Source of the DNA: Haliotis cracherodii
Taxonomy: Eukaryota
DNA: 64,000 nucleotides
Direction of reading: 5' to 3'
Assembly (NCBI RefSeq): GCF_022045235.1
Contig: NW_027266319.1
Coordinates: forward strand, 12,028,001-12,092,000
The translations under genes were made by a program, and so were the position numbers. The notes under the pieces are model-generated. The model worked only from the letters and a program-made list of their open reading frames with translations, had not been told where the DNA came from and made no database searches. This document shows positions 1 to 11,720 of the stretch, in pieces (position 1 is the stretch's first letter; the number at the start of each line of letters is the position of its first letter).

Positions 1-84
1 TGTATCCCCGATCTGCAGTAATGTATCCCCGATCTTCAGTAATGTATCCCCGATCTGCAGTTATTTATCTCTGATCTTTGGTAA
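1..84. repeat. 21-bp minisatellite (TGTATCCCCGATCTGCAGTAA), end of array at window edge
   Basis: Three near-perfect and one degenerate tandem copies. Confidence 0.8.
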
Positions 85-460
85 CATATCAACAATCTAC
101 AAGGTTGTCAGCAACACACTGTTTTGGGATATTACGCTTCCATTGGCAATGACATATCATACGCTGATCTAAATTAACACGAAGCTTCCATATAAGAAGC
201 ATGTAATAACGTACTCACTTTTGCATGAGGCAAGGGCCTCTCCCGCTAGCTGCATGTTATTAACCCCGCACAGTGCCAACCTGCGTGCCAAGAGCTCTCA
301 ACTGTAATCTTTACCGAAGCCACACATGCACAGGCCCATGTCGAACTACACCAAACAAGTAGACCCAATAACACATCCTGTGTACAGACCGCCGTCATAG
401 AGCTGGAATATTGCTGAGTGCGGCGTTAAACAACAAACACCTCACGACTAACGTATGTGG

Positions 461-565
461 CTGGGAACTTTTCTAACCCGGAATCCCCGCAGGTTCCCAA
501 TGGTGTCACCTCTAACGACTATCAGTGGGGTTCTGGGGACACATTCTAACCCGGTTCCCCACGGC
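461..565 (-). repeat. Two tandem divergent copies of the SINE-B head motif
   Basis: Reverse complement CCGTGGGGAACCGGGTTAGAATGTGTCCCCAGAACCCC...GTCGTTAGAGGTGAC aligns with the SINE-B head GACCCGTGAAGATCCGGGGTAGAATAGGTCTTCAGCAACCC...GTCGTAAGAGGCGAC. Confidence 0.55.
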
Positions 566-1119
566 GTGATCGCTGCGGTGAAGTAAAGACAAGTTTGTGA
601 AAAATAAAATGGACGTATTGGTCATAGGAAACTTATGTACTTGCACATCAGCTTTATTTACGTGTTTAAATGTATTTTCGACATCATAAGTTAGACAAGG
701 GCAGGTAACTCTGTGGTGTCCAGTGGAGCTGCCATCTTACCATCCACTGTTATCGCTGCCACTCCTGGTATCCCCATCATCACCAGCATCTCTGATACCC
801 TTATTCTCATCACCACTACCATCACTGTCTTCCCCAGACATGCCATGACTGCAGTCTGCAGCGACGTCAATGCTGCTGGATTTCCCTCTGAGCAGTTTAA
901 TGTCGCCATCAAGTTCTTCCAAGATGTCCCTGAAGCAAGGCTCCACGCATTCTGGGGACAATAAGTCAAAGTATGAGCAACAAGGAACAGCTTCCATGTT
1001 GGGATGAAGGTAAAGAAGATAAACATGGTCCAAGACACTAAGTACTACCAGTAAGATGGCGCGACAAGTCTCGTATAAAAAGTCTCTCTTCCACTCAGAC
1101 ATACATATACTAGCAATAT

Positions 1120-1281
1120 GGGGCGGTCGGGTAGCCTAGTGGTTAAAGCGTTTGCTCGTCACGCCGAAGACCCGGGTTCGATTCCCGACATGGGTACAAT
1201 GTGTGAAGCCCATTTCTGGTGTCCCCCGCCGTGATATTGCTGGAATACTGCTGAAAGCGGCGTTAAACCATGCTCACTCAC
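1120..1281 (+). mobile_element. SINE family A (tRNA-derived, Asp-like head), ~165 bp
   Basis: A-box TAGCCTAGTGGTT, GTC anticodon-like loop, B-box GGTTCGATTCC, (ACTC)n tail; many near-identical copies in the window. Confidence 0.85.
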
Positions 1282-1295
1282 GCATTTGCAATATA

Positions 1296-2805
1296 TACTC
1301 TTCAAAAAAAAGAAACTTGACATAGATGTAAAACCACTTTTTACCAAATATCAAAAATAATTACATTAAATGAGAACCAAATAAGTCAAACAGAAAGATG
1401 ATGTGTCTATAATTCGCGAAAACACATGCAAAGCACATAAACGTAGTGTTTGGGGATCAAATTTTCAGCTTCATCCAAACGTAACCGCCTGTACAAAACG
1501 TGCAGCACAGGATCCTGCATTTAGGAATGCAGGTCCCCCTGCTGAATGGTTATAAAAATCCACATCAACGGCTGTTCAAACAGTCCTTATAACGGCAATA
1601 GAGGCCAAGACTGAATGCAGCTCAACGGAACAACGCCATTGGGAGATTACAAGCTGGAGCAACTCAGCAAGAAGTGGCCAGGCACTTTGGCGTATACAGA
1701 CAGACAATCTCCGCACTGTGGCCCCGATACAACAACACCAACAGAGTTGACGACAGACCAAGGTCAGGAAGACCAAGGGTGACAACCCAAGCACAAGATC
1801 GATACATCCGGCTGCGACACCTCCGAGACCTCACTACCACAGCCATGTCTACAACCACACAGATCCCTGGGGTACGCAGAATATCAGATCAAACGGTACG
1901 CAACAGACTGGGGGAGGCTGGACTTTTTGCACGAAGACCTGTTCGACGTCATGTATTGACCCAACGTCATCTGGCGGACCGTCTGCTTTGGTGCCAACAG
2001 AGGGTTAGATGGGCACGTGCAAGGTGGAGAAATGTACTGTTTACTGACGAGTCCCGTTGCCTTCTCACACGTGCTGATGGGCGCGCACGTGTTGTCTACA
2101 GACGTCGGGGTGAACGTTACGCCCCCAACTGTGTGCAGCAGGTTGTCCCATTTGGCGGCGGGAGTGTCATGGTATGGGCCGGAATTCATCACGGTAGTAG
2201 CACACCTCTCGTGCATGTGGCAGGTGCATTGACAGGTGTGCTTTACAGAGACTTGATCCTACAGCCTTACGTTCTTCCTCACGTCAACGTTTATGGCAGA
2301 AAGTTCAAGCAGGACAACGCTCGACCGCATATTGCACGTGTTTGTCAGGACTTCTTACAGCACAACAACATCCAGACATTACCTTGGCCAGCCCGGTCAC
2401 CAGATTTGTCCCCGATTGAGCATCTGTGGGACGAGTTGGATCGACACGTTCACAGAAGGAATCCACCGCCCAAAACACTTCCGGCGCTTCTTGATGCACT
2501 TCAGCATGAATGGCAGCACATCCAACAGCGTGTTATTGACAACTTGATTGCATCTACGGGTCGTCGGTGTCAAGCGGTGATTGATGCACGTGGTGGGCAC
2601 AACCGATACTGACACTTTCTGTACCCCTGTGACATTAACAGTATCGTGTACGTGTGTCTGTCTAGGTGACACGATTAATGTTTTGAACATTGTGTACATT
2701 GATCTTCAAACAGTGTTTAAATTATGGTTTCTGTGTCCTATTTTGAAACAATCGCATTATAATACATTTTGAAAGTCAGTGTCGAGTTTCTTTTTTTGAA
2801 GAGTA
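1296..2805 (+). mobile_element. Tc1/mariner DNA transposon (DD34E), full length
   Basis: TIRs TACTCTTCAAAAAAAAGAAACT / AGTTTCTTTTTTTGAAGAGTA; internal transposase. Confidence 0.92.
1602..2612 (+). pseudogene. Tc1 transposase, open frame but start codon mutated (AGG-CCA-AGA-CTG instead of ATG-CCA-AGA-CTG)
   Basis: GRPR motif, FTDES, QDNA, PDLSPIE with 34 aa between D and E, GGHNRY C-terminus; other Tc1 copies here begin MPRL. Confidence 0.85.
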
Positions 2806-3040
2806 TGATACCTGTCCGATAAGATAAGTTCGTTGTCCACCGACCCCGCAGGTGACATGGGTTGACGTACCCTCCGGGCACAGGAAACATAAACCAACTT
2901 AGATGGTACATCAAACCAACTTATAATGTATAATTGTGTGCATTATCTTTCTATTAATCATAAAAAATGTCAAAACCGGCAGTTATGTTGAAGAAACTAC
3001 GTGAGGAGGAATCAGTCGATATGCAGTTTACAGTAAAATC

Positions 3041-3230
3041 GACCCGTGAAGATCCGCGGTAGAATAGGCCTTCAGCGACCCATGCTTGCCGTAAAAGGCG
3101 ACTGTGCTTGTCGTAAGAGGCGACTAATGGGATCGGGTGGTCAGGCTCGATGACTTGGTTGATGCATGTCATTGTTTCCCAATCGCCGTCATTCAGCTTG
3201 AATATTTGCGGCGTTAAACAAACAAACAAA
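3041..3230 (+). mobile_element. SINE family B (non-tRNA head), internally deleted copy
   Basis: GACCCGTGAAGATCC head, GCGGCGTTAAA(CAAA)n tail. Confidence 0.8.
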
Positions 3231-3393
3231 CAGTGAAATTACTACACCATTGTTGCAGGAGAGGGCATAGGTGACGTCACATGTTATTCTATTTCACCCA
3301 ATTAATCTTAAAATTCATTTCACTAATGATTGAATGTATTCTAAATCATGTAATATGCTACATGCTATATTTTATTGGTACAATAAAACCGGC

Positions 3394-3519
3394 TTTAAGT
3401 TGAGGGGAATGTCCGAGTAACTCCCAATTCCTTAAAAATAATGGGGCAGAGGCCATGCAGGGGCCGAGGCCCATTATATTTAAGGAATAGAGAGTTACTC
3501 GGATATTCCCCTACTTAAA
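3394..3519. repeat. Imperfect inverted repeat/hairpin, ~50-bp arms
   Basis: TTTAAGT..GGGGAATGTCCGAGTAACTC..TTCCTTAAA..ATAATGGG mirrored by CCCATTAT..TTTAAGGAA..GAGTTACTCGGATATTCCCC..ACTTAAA. Confidence 0.8.
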
Positions 3520-4105
3520 ACTCATAACTACTATTATACTTTGACAAAATATTCTGTTGTGGAAATTATTTGAAAAATAAACCAGAACTCTTTGTAGACT
3601 GTATTTATACTGTGAGAGTCGCCCTTGCGGTGATGCACGAGGAATGCGTTCTCTGCCGCTGTTGCACGTGCGCCAAACTCTTTCGCGAGCTGACATTTAC
3701 AATGCATGGTACACGGCTCTTCTTTATTTCGTTGTGTCCAGAACTAGTATATATCAATCGCTTTCACATTGCTAATACATGCTGACGGGGATAATAGGAA
3801 ATATAGAGCCCCGAACAAGGATATATATATAACCTGATTGTTTTTTTCTCGTCAAAGGTTTATCTTATTGCTATAAATATAAACATTGTTGTAGGTAACC
3901 TGCTCGAACACGAATATATACTAGCTTTTAAGCATTATGCAAAATTATGAAAAAAATGTATGGCTAATTTCACACCATAACTTGATATGCCGCCGTAGCT
4001 GAGGTTAACAATTACAAGTCCTCTAATCAAATCATGCGCGTTCGAATCCCGCTGACGACACATGTTTTCGGAAAAAAAATGAAATTATTCACTTGCCAAT
4101 AAATG

Positions 4106-6098
4106 TCAAAAATAGTTCCATCTGTTCCAAGTGGAAATTAATTCAAATGTTGATTCAAGATAATGTACAGTTGACAAACAACTCTCCATTCCTGAAACAT
4201 AATGGAGCGTTCAAACAATAGAATGACGTCACAAATGTGTTTTAATCGGGACTCGTGCAAGCATCTCCGTATGCAATAATCGCATATCACCTTGCTAAAT
4301 GCCCAGGATCCTTTCGACATCATAGCTTCTATTTGAGTCACACGACACTTACATTAGGCATCTAATCAAATAACATGATATTGGTTACAGGAACTCCGTG
4401 TAAAAGTGTCACAAGTACTCGACTTGTGCGGATGTTTTGTACGGATTCAGAAACAACTGGGAGATCCTGGCATCATATGGACTTCCCTCTCAATACTCAA
4501 TACTCAAGGAAACGTATTTTCCACCAGAAAAAGAAATCCTACTTTTTCATATAAATCGAGGTTGCTATTTTGAATGTAGATCTATCCCGAAATCTGGTAC
4601 GAGTAATTTTGATTGCTGTTTCGGTTAGCTTGTTAGCGACAGAATTTCTGCGCTCGGTTAGCAATACGAGGGTTGGAGATCGGGGTATGGCTTCCGCATT
4701 TGGTGGCGTATGGGCTCAGGATATTTGTTTCATAATTTCATAATAATATGCTGGATAATATCGAGGACAGGTTCACTGACTCTTCAGAGAGTGAGTGAGT
4801 GAGTTGGGTTTAATGCCGCTTTAGTGAGTGAGTGAGTATAATTTTACGCCGCTTTTAGCAATATTCCAGCAACATCACGGCGGGGGACACCAGAAATGGG
4901 CTTCACACACTGTACCCATGTCGGGAATCGAACCCGGGACTTCGGCGTGACGAGCGAACGTTTTAACCACTAGGCTACCCGACCGCCCCGCCGCTTTAAA
5001 AAGTATTCCCGATATATCACGGGGTTTCAGCTTCATGAGGGAGGAAAGCCCGAAGTTATGCAGGTCTTTACCACGAGCACGGGTATAGTGCTGACAAAAC
5101 TAGAGTGAGTGAGTGAGTTTGGTTTTACGCCGCTTTTAGCAATATTCCAGCAATATCACGGCGGGGGACACCAGAAATGGGCTTCACACACTGTACCCAT
5201 GTCGGGAATCGAACCCGGGACTTCGGCGTGACGAGCGAACGTTTTAACCACTAGGCTACCCGACCGCCCCGCCGCTTTAAAAAGTATTCCCGATATATCA
5301 CGGGGTTTCAGCTTCATGAGGGAGGAAAGCCCGAAGTTATGCAGGTCTTTACCACGAGCACGGGTATAGTGCTGACAAAACTAGAAACATAATCGGGGCG
5401 AACTGGGATTCGAACCAACGATCATAAGTTCTGTCGTGTCCAAGGGACGCAAGAAGGAGACCCAAGGGTAAAAAAACCACCAAAATAGTGAGCTGGAAAA
5501 AAGCTACGATGCAGTCAGCATGTATCTGGAATTCGAACCCCAAACCAGTATATCCTGCGCTGCACTGGGAGTTTCAGAATCTTAGAACACCGGGCCATAT
5601 GTACCCTCTTTAGTGATGTTATACATCATCAAACTCAGACTCAAGTGTTACTTGGACTAAGCGTATTGGGTAATAAGCAAGTATTTGGTCAATGCATGGT
5701 CCTAAAGTTTGTCCATTTTCCAAAGAGACACAGACCGCTGCGTATTAACTGACTTGTCACAGCGAACAATTTGCTCAATTCACATACGTTTTGTGGATAT
5801 GCCTCTATGACATCATGTAGTGTCCACAACAAAATATTTCCTATTACGCAATTCCTTTTATGTGTGGCGCAGAACTTATCAATTTACCATCGTAGAATGG
5901 ATTTACACAAACTGGCTTACCGAAGATCGTCTCACCTTTCTCACAAGCGGGACAACTGGCTCTGGCAGCGAAACGCACTCGTTCCATCTCTTGGTTCATC
6001 TTGTGCACCAACACATCAATACCACCGAGATGGATGCAATCTACTTGAGGTCCAGGCAGGATGAAGAGGGCAAACAGCATGACAGTTTGAATGTCCAT
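4106..6098 (-). CDS. Candidate small secreted Cys-containing protein, two exons (6098-5888, 4191-4106), ~98 aa
   Basis: ATG plus hydrophobic leader MDIQTVMLFALFILPGPQVDC; phase-1 donor G|GTAAAT at 5888/5887; acceptor TTTCAG|G at 4192/4191 continues in frame to TGA; exon 2 is inferred. Confidence 0.35.
4788..5450 (-). mobile_element. SINE family C with nested SINE-A; the ~280-bp SINE-A plus SINE-C segment is tandemly duplicated
   Basis: SINE-A at ~4823-4989 flanked by GCCGCTTTA TSD; ~4825-5104 repeated at ~5104-5384. Confidence 0.8.
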
Positions 6099-6499
6099 CT
6101 CTAGCGTTATGGAAGCTCTTACAATATGCCAGGATAATTAGGTGTGTCTTAGCACAGCGAGGGAACACCGGAGGGAAGATGCACTGAAATAATTCAAACA
6201 TTTTGAATTAAGAATTGAAGGAAGATCTTTATCGATCTAATGGTGCATTAATTCGTTCTAAAATGGATTTGCACTCTGCTGTTTTTAGAAGTCACATGAC
6301 AAGGTTCGAATCAACAGCTGCGGGCGTTGCTGTATTTCTTTATCCTACACATATTTATTAACGATCAAAGCACAACTAAAGATTCTCGTCCAATAAAAAA
6401 ACGTCATTCGGTCAAGTGGAATAAATAGTTTACTGAAATAAACTGCGTTTTTTTTTTATGGAGTTGAGCATTTTGGATCCCGTTACACAAGGGATAAAG

Positions 6500-6716
6500 T
6501 GTGTTTGTTTGTTGTTTAACGCCGCACTCAGCTATATGACGGCGGCCTGTAAATAATTAAGTCTGGACCAGTCAATCCCGTGATTGACATCATGAGCATC
6601 CGTCCACACAATTGGAATACGATGACACGCATCAACCAAGTCAGCGAGCCCAAGTTAGTCACCTCTTACGACAAGCATAGTTGCTTTTTACGGCAAACAT
6701 GAGTTGCCGAAGGCCT
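6500..6716 (-). mobile_element. SINE family B
   Basis: Matches the full-length copy at 62372-62624. Confidence 0.8.
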
Positions 6717-6872
6717 GCTAGTGACATAGAAGTGAAGCACAAAGAATGAAATACTAGTGTTGGTTTCCGAGACAGTGTCTCGATACTATGGTAAAGGACC
6801 AATCACTTAATAGCCTTGATGGTGTCTCGGATTTTCTTTTGAGAATAATTGTTCATTCAAAGTTTCAATGTT

Positions 6873-7100
6873 GTTTGCTTTCTGTTTAACGCCGCACTCA
6901 GCATTATTCCAGCATATGACGGCGGTCTGTAAATACTCCAGTTTGAACCAGATAATCCAGTGATTGACATCGTAAGCATCGATCAACGCAACTGTGATAC
7001 GATGACATGCATTAACCAAGTCAGCGAGTCTGACCACCAGATCCCGTTCGTCGCCTCTGACGACAACCGGGATGCCCTAGATCAGTTCTTATCCGATCCT
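6873..7100 (-). mobile_element. SINE family B
   Basis: Matches family consensus. Confidence 0.75.
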
Positions 7101-7281
7101 ATAAGACGTCACAACTCATTGTTTCCCAGGGCACCCAGCCTGCCCTGGGAAACAATAGCCACCACTTTAAGAACCTCAAATCATATGAATGCAATTATAA
7201 TTGTATTTGTTATTTAAGGGCGCATTCAGCAATATTCCAGCTACATGGCGGCCGACTGTAAATCATTGAGTCTGGACCAGA

Positions 7282-7447
7282 GTGAGTGAGTGAGTATGGT
7301 TTTACGCCGCTTTTAGCAATATTCCAGCAATATAACGGCGGGGGACACCAGAAATGGGCTTCACACATTGTACCCATGTCGGGAATCGAACCCGTGTCAT
7401 CGGCGTGACGAGCGAACGCTTTAACCACTAGACTTACCGACCGCCCC
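7282..7447 (-). mobile_element. SINE family A inserted into a SINE-B tail
   Basis: 10-bp TSD CTGGACCAGA on both sides. Confidence 0.85.
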
Positions 7448-7923
7448 CTGGACCAGACAATCCAGTAATTTATATTAGGATTTTTTTGTTTATTTGTTAC
7501 TCCGCCCTAGCTAATATCCAAGCTTGACAATCCAGTTTGTTATTTGTCGACTTCCAAATTGAAACATCAGGTTAGTCCAGAAATCTATACTGTAAGCATT
7601 CAATGATAAACCAACAAATAACTAAGAAATGGTATATAACTTTATAGCAAAATTACTGCATAGCAGTCACAATGGCAGTACACAATAGAGTGGCAGTACA
7701 ACATTTAATGTAAATAAAACAACAATGGTAGTGTAAAATATAATTGCAAGGTTATTAATATAAACCTAGCAGCAACCGTGGTGAAGCTTAAAAAATAGGC
7801 CTAGGCTGAATATCCAGGGGGGGGGGGGGGGGGGGGGGGGGAGTGTCTAAACACAAAGCTGGTATTGATGACTGTAATGTAAGACGTAATGTGAGATGCG
7901 AGATGCACGTCCTTGCCCACTTA

Positions 7924-9379
7924 TACACCGAAAGGCAAAAGAAGCGCCACTTCTGAAAATACTGATAAAACTTAACAGACACTGGCAGTTACATGTTCTG
8001 TGGTCAATACACTCATTTATCGTTCTACTGCTTCTTTTTGTTGCCTTAAAGCCCATTTAACAATTGAGTTTAAAATGGACTGCTTTGCCCAAACGCACCC
8101 TATAAAAGTGCAATGGGACTCAGTTGCGGAAAAGTCTTGTCAAAAACATGATGCACGTGCATATCGTGGATGGTACGGGTATAAAAGACACCAAAAACTG
8201 TTAATCTGGCTTTCGTTATTTCGATTGATCAGCCATGCCAAGATTATCAGGAAATGAGAGACAAAAAGCGATCGGAGGACTGCAAGCAGGCCAGAGTGCA
8301 CAGGTCGTTGCAAATGCATTCAATGTCAACGTCAGAACGATATATCGTTTGCAACATCGCCACAACACCACCAACACCACCGACGACCGACCGCGTAAAG
8401 GTCGTCCTAGGGCCACTACACCCAGACAAGATCGGTTCATGAAACGCCAACATCTGCAAAACCGATTCCGAATGGCCACTGAAACAGCTCGGCAAACCAT
8501 TGGCAACCACCAGCGTGCCATCAGTGATCGTACAGTCCGACGTCGCCTAACTGCCAACAACATCTCGTGCCACCGTCCTGCTTATGTACCCATCCTGAGA
8601 GATTGTCACCAACAGGCCCGATTGCAATGGGCCAGGCAGCATCAAAATTGGCGTCAACAGCAATGGAGAAGAATCATCTTCACTGAAGAAAGTCGCTACT
8701 GTGTTTCAACGGTGGATGGCAGAGTCAGGGTCTGGCGAAGGAGGGGTGAATGTTATGCTGATGCTTGTGTTATGGAACGAGACCCATGGGGCGGCCCAAA
8801 CGGGGCGGTTTGGTGTGGAATCGGACTGAACCAGAGAGTGGGACCTATTGGTCCAGGCAGGGGTAATGGCATTACAGCACTCCGCTACATTCCAAGTCCT
8901 CAGACCCCATATCGTGCCTTTTTTGCCCGTCATCAAAACCACACCTTCAACAAGACAACGCCCGTCCCCACACTGCCAGAGTCACCAGCGACTTCCTCCA
9001 GCAGCACAACATCCAAATCATGCCTTGGCCTGCCCTCAGTCCGGATTTGAATCCCATTGAACACTTGTGGGATGAGATCCAACGCCGACTCAACGACGAA
9101 CGCCCAAGACCGACAACTGCAGCAGAACTGTGTGTAGCGTTCCTGAGGATATGGACCATACCCCTATGGCCTTAATCAACAGGCTAGTCCACTCCATGTA
9201 CAGGAGATGTGTGGCTGTAGTCAACGCCCGTGGTGGCCACACCAGGTACTGATTTTGGACCCCCCAGCAGTGATGTCTTCTAGTGCCTCCCCAAATTCAC
9301 AATTCGCAAAAACATTCCCAAGACTGTTAATTTCATGTGGGTCAAAAAGTGACTTTCTCCGATGTCTTTACTTATATAT

Positions 9380-9410
<31 letters not shown>

Positions 9411-9450
9411 GATACATCCACATGACGTTTTTTTTTGCCTTTCTTTTGTA
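7924..9450 (+). mobile_element. Tc1/mariner transposon with degenerate transposase (8235-9252)
   Basis: TIR TACACCGAAAGGCAAAA / TTTTGCCTTTCTTTTGTA with TA flanks; MPRL start, GRPR, FTEES (first D lost), frameshifts, PDLNPIEHLW and GGHTRY in another frame. Confidence 0.88.
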
Positions 9451-9889
9451 TAGTCTAAATACCCAATGGAAGTTTCTAGACAGTGCTGATTGAGTCTAGC
9501 TGTTCCGGAAGAATCTAGGTAACACTTGACTCAAAAAAGCATCTAAATAACATAACTTCCACACCACTGCTTATATTAGATAGTTCTAAATTCCTCATCC
9601 AAAACTAATTATTGTTCAAACACAATGCTAAGAACTTCTACTGAATTAATACAGAAACCATGTAAATACAATTGCAACATTATTTCACAATACACTACAC
9701 TACCACAAAACAAGTGACTGACCTGGGCATCGATACATTCACATTATGGGGGATACGGATGACGTGACATCAGTCAAGTTATTGAGTCAGACCACCCGAT
9801 CCTTACGTCTTACGACCCCCGGGTTGCAAGGGACCAATCCATAGATGGTTGCATCACCCCTGTCTCTGAAACGTTTTCAATGAATTCAA

Positions 9890-10182
9890 GACCCGTGAAG
9901 ATCCGGGGTAGAATAGGTCTTCAACAACCCCTGCTTTTCGTAAAAGGCGACTATGCATGTCGTAAAGGGCGACTATGCTTGTAAAAGGCGACAAACGGGA
10001 TCGGGTGGTCAGGCTCGCTGACTTGGTTGACGCATGTCATCGACCCCAATTGCATGGATCGATGCTCATGATATAAATCACTGCATTGTCTGGTCCAGAC
10101 TCGATTATTTACAGACCGCCGTCATATAGCTGGAATGTTGCTGAGTGCGGCGTTAAACAACCAACCAACCAACAACCAACCA
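9890..10182 (+). mobile_element. SINE family B, full length
   Basis: GACCCGTG head with triplicated GGCGAC hairpin module, (CAAC)n tail. Confidence 0.85.
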
Positions 10183-10664
10183 CTATGTCTTTAGACTGCA
10201 CCTCTGTGTCTGTGGACCAAAAATATGTCTATTTTCTCAGTAAATACTGTCTAAACGTCAATATTGTTTAGGCAATGGTGTTCTTGTAAATACAACATAT
10301 CTGCAGAATCATTTGGCGCCATATAATAATTGGGGCGGTTCACTGTAGCAGGACGACGGAAAATAAGTATTTCTTCTTGAAGAGTCTATAAGTTGCTTCA
10401 GTGAATGACTTCATTTTAAGAATGGTTTTATGTAACATAGAAATTTTGTCCTTTGTTTATTTACGTATCGCAAATATATATATCATATTTTGAGAATGCA
10501 AAATGCTCCAATAATACATTACAATTATTACTCAATGTGATATGTCCAATACAGAAACGTTGTCGTCTAATATCTTTTCATTACTTTGGAGGCAAATCCG
10601 CATCTCACACGTATCGACAACAGGATAAACTCGCTCGTCGTATTTATATACCTGACAGCTCCTG

Positions 10665-11040
10665 ACCATTGAGTGCGAAATGTTAGACCACTCGTCGTGT
10701 AGTACAAGTTCAAGATTTTGCAGCGTCTGTAGTTCAGAATGGTGACGTCCTTTCTGCGATTTAGAGGGCCAAGGTAGGCCCTGAACATTGTGGTTGTGAA
10801 AGTGAATGAGTGAGTTTGATGTTGCGCCGCTTTTAGCAATATTCCAGCAAAACACGGCGGGGGATACCAGAAATGGGCTTCACACATTGTACCCATGTCG
10901 GAAATCGAACTCAGGTCTTCGGCGTGACGAGCGAACACTTTAACCATTAGGCTACCCGACCGCCCCGTGGTTGTGTAAGAATGCTGCTTTTACACGTTCT
11001 GTATGCGGTCTATGTATTGTCGTGTTGAAAGAAGAAATTT
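10665..11040 (-). mobile_element. Degenerate Tc1 transposase fragment interrupted by SINE-A (10802-10966)
   Basis: FQHDN..RPH..FLHNHNVQGLPWPSKS..LHDEW remnants; SINE flanked by GTGGTTGTG TSD. Confidence 0.7.
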
Positions 11041-11720
11041 ACATCATAATGGGATAAACGTGTGGCTGTGTCCGTTTTCTCAAATGTTCAAGATGCAGTG
11101 GCAATACAGGACTTCTGTAAGTCGTCCCAGCCTCTGATTCGAGGAAAAAATAGATCAGTGAGATGTTACATTTAGGTGTTTATTTACAGACATAAGATCA
11201 TAAACAAGTTCACTTAAATAAATGTATCCCAGACAATTTCGAATTGATTAGATTTAGCAGGTTTCTGGATATTTACAAATAAAAAAATGAGCTTAAGCTT
11301 CTTTCCAGCGTCGTGTATTTAGCTACACAGACCATCATTAGAATGGATTTAATCTTTTCAAACGTAGTGTAATCAACATTGGATAAATCAATTCCAGAGG
11401 ATATTCGAAAATCAGTTCGTCATATCAGATAATAAGCTCAATCTTAATTCTCGGGGATTATAATACTTCTTTCTAACCCATGACTGAGACACAGCCATTA
11501 TATTTCCGATGTCCTTAGATTTCACGTAAAGTGTTTATCAAACCATACCAGGCATAACGAGTCATCGGCACTGGATTAATCAAATCACAAGTATAAACTG
11601 AAGTTCGGTATTTTAACAGTCAAATATCCATGTTCACCAGATTACTTATCGTCAACTACTGGTTCATGAAACATTCCAATTTTTCTTTTCTTTTTTTCAA
11701 ACTTAATCACGTTTGCCTTG

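Noticed and set aside
1-84. CRISPR-like array
   Set aside because: Contiguous tandem units with no spacers; eukaryotic DNA
691-1102. Overlapping ORFs including an acidic D/G/S-rich one
   Set aside because: No recognisable domain or convincing splice structure; could be an exon but is unsupported
1120-1195. tRNA-Asp-like gene
   Set aside because: It is the head of a dispersed SINE with a body, tail and TSDs, and has an imperfect cloverleaf
3988-4060. tRNA-like sequence with GTTCGAATCC
   Set aside because: Degenerate, no complete cloverleaf; probably an old SINE head
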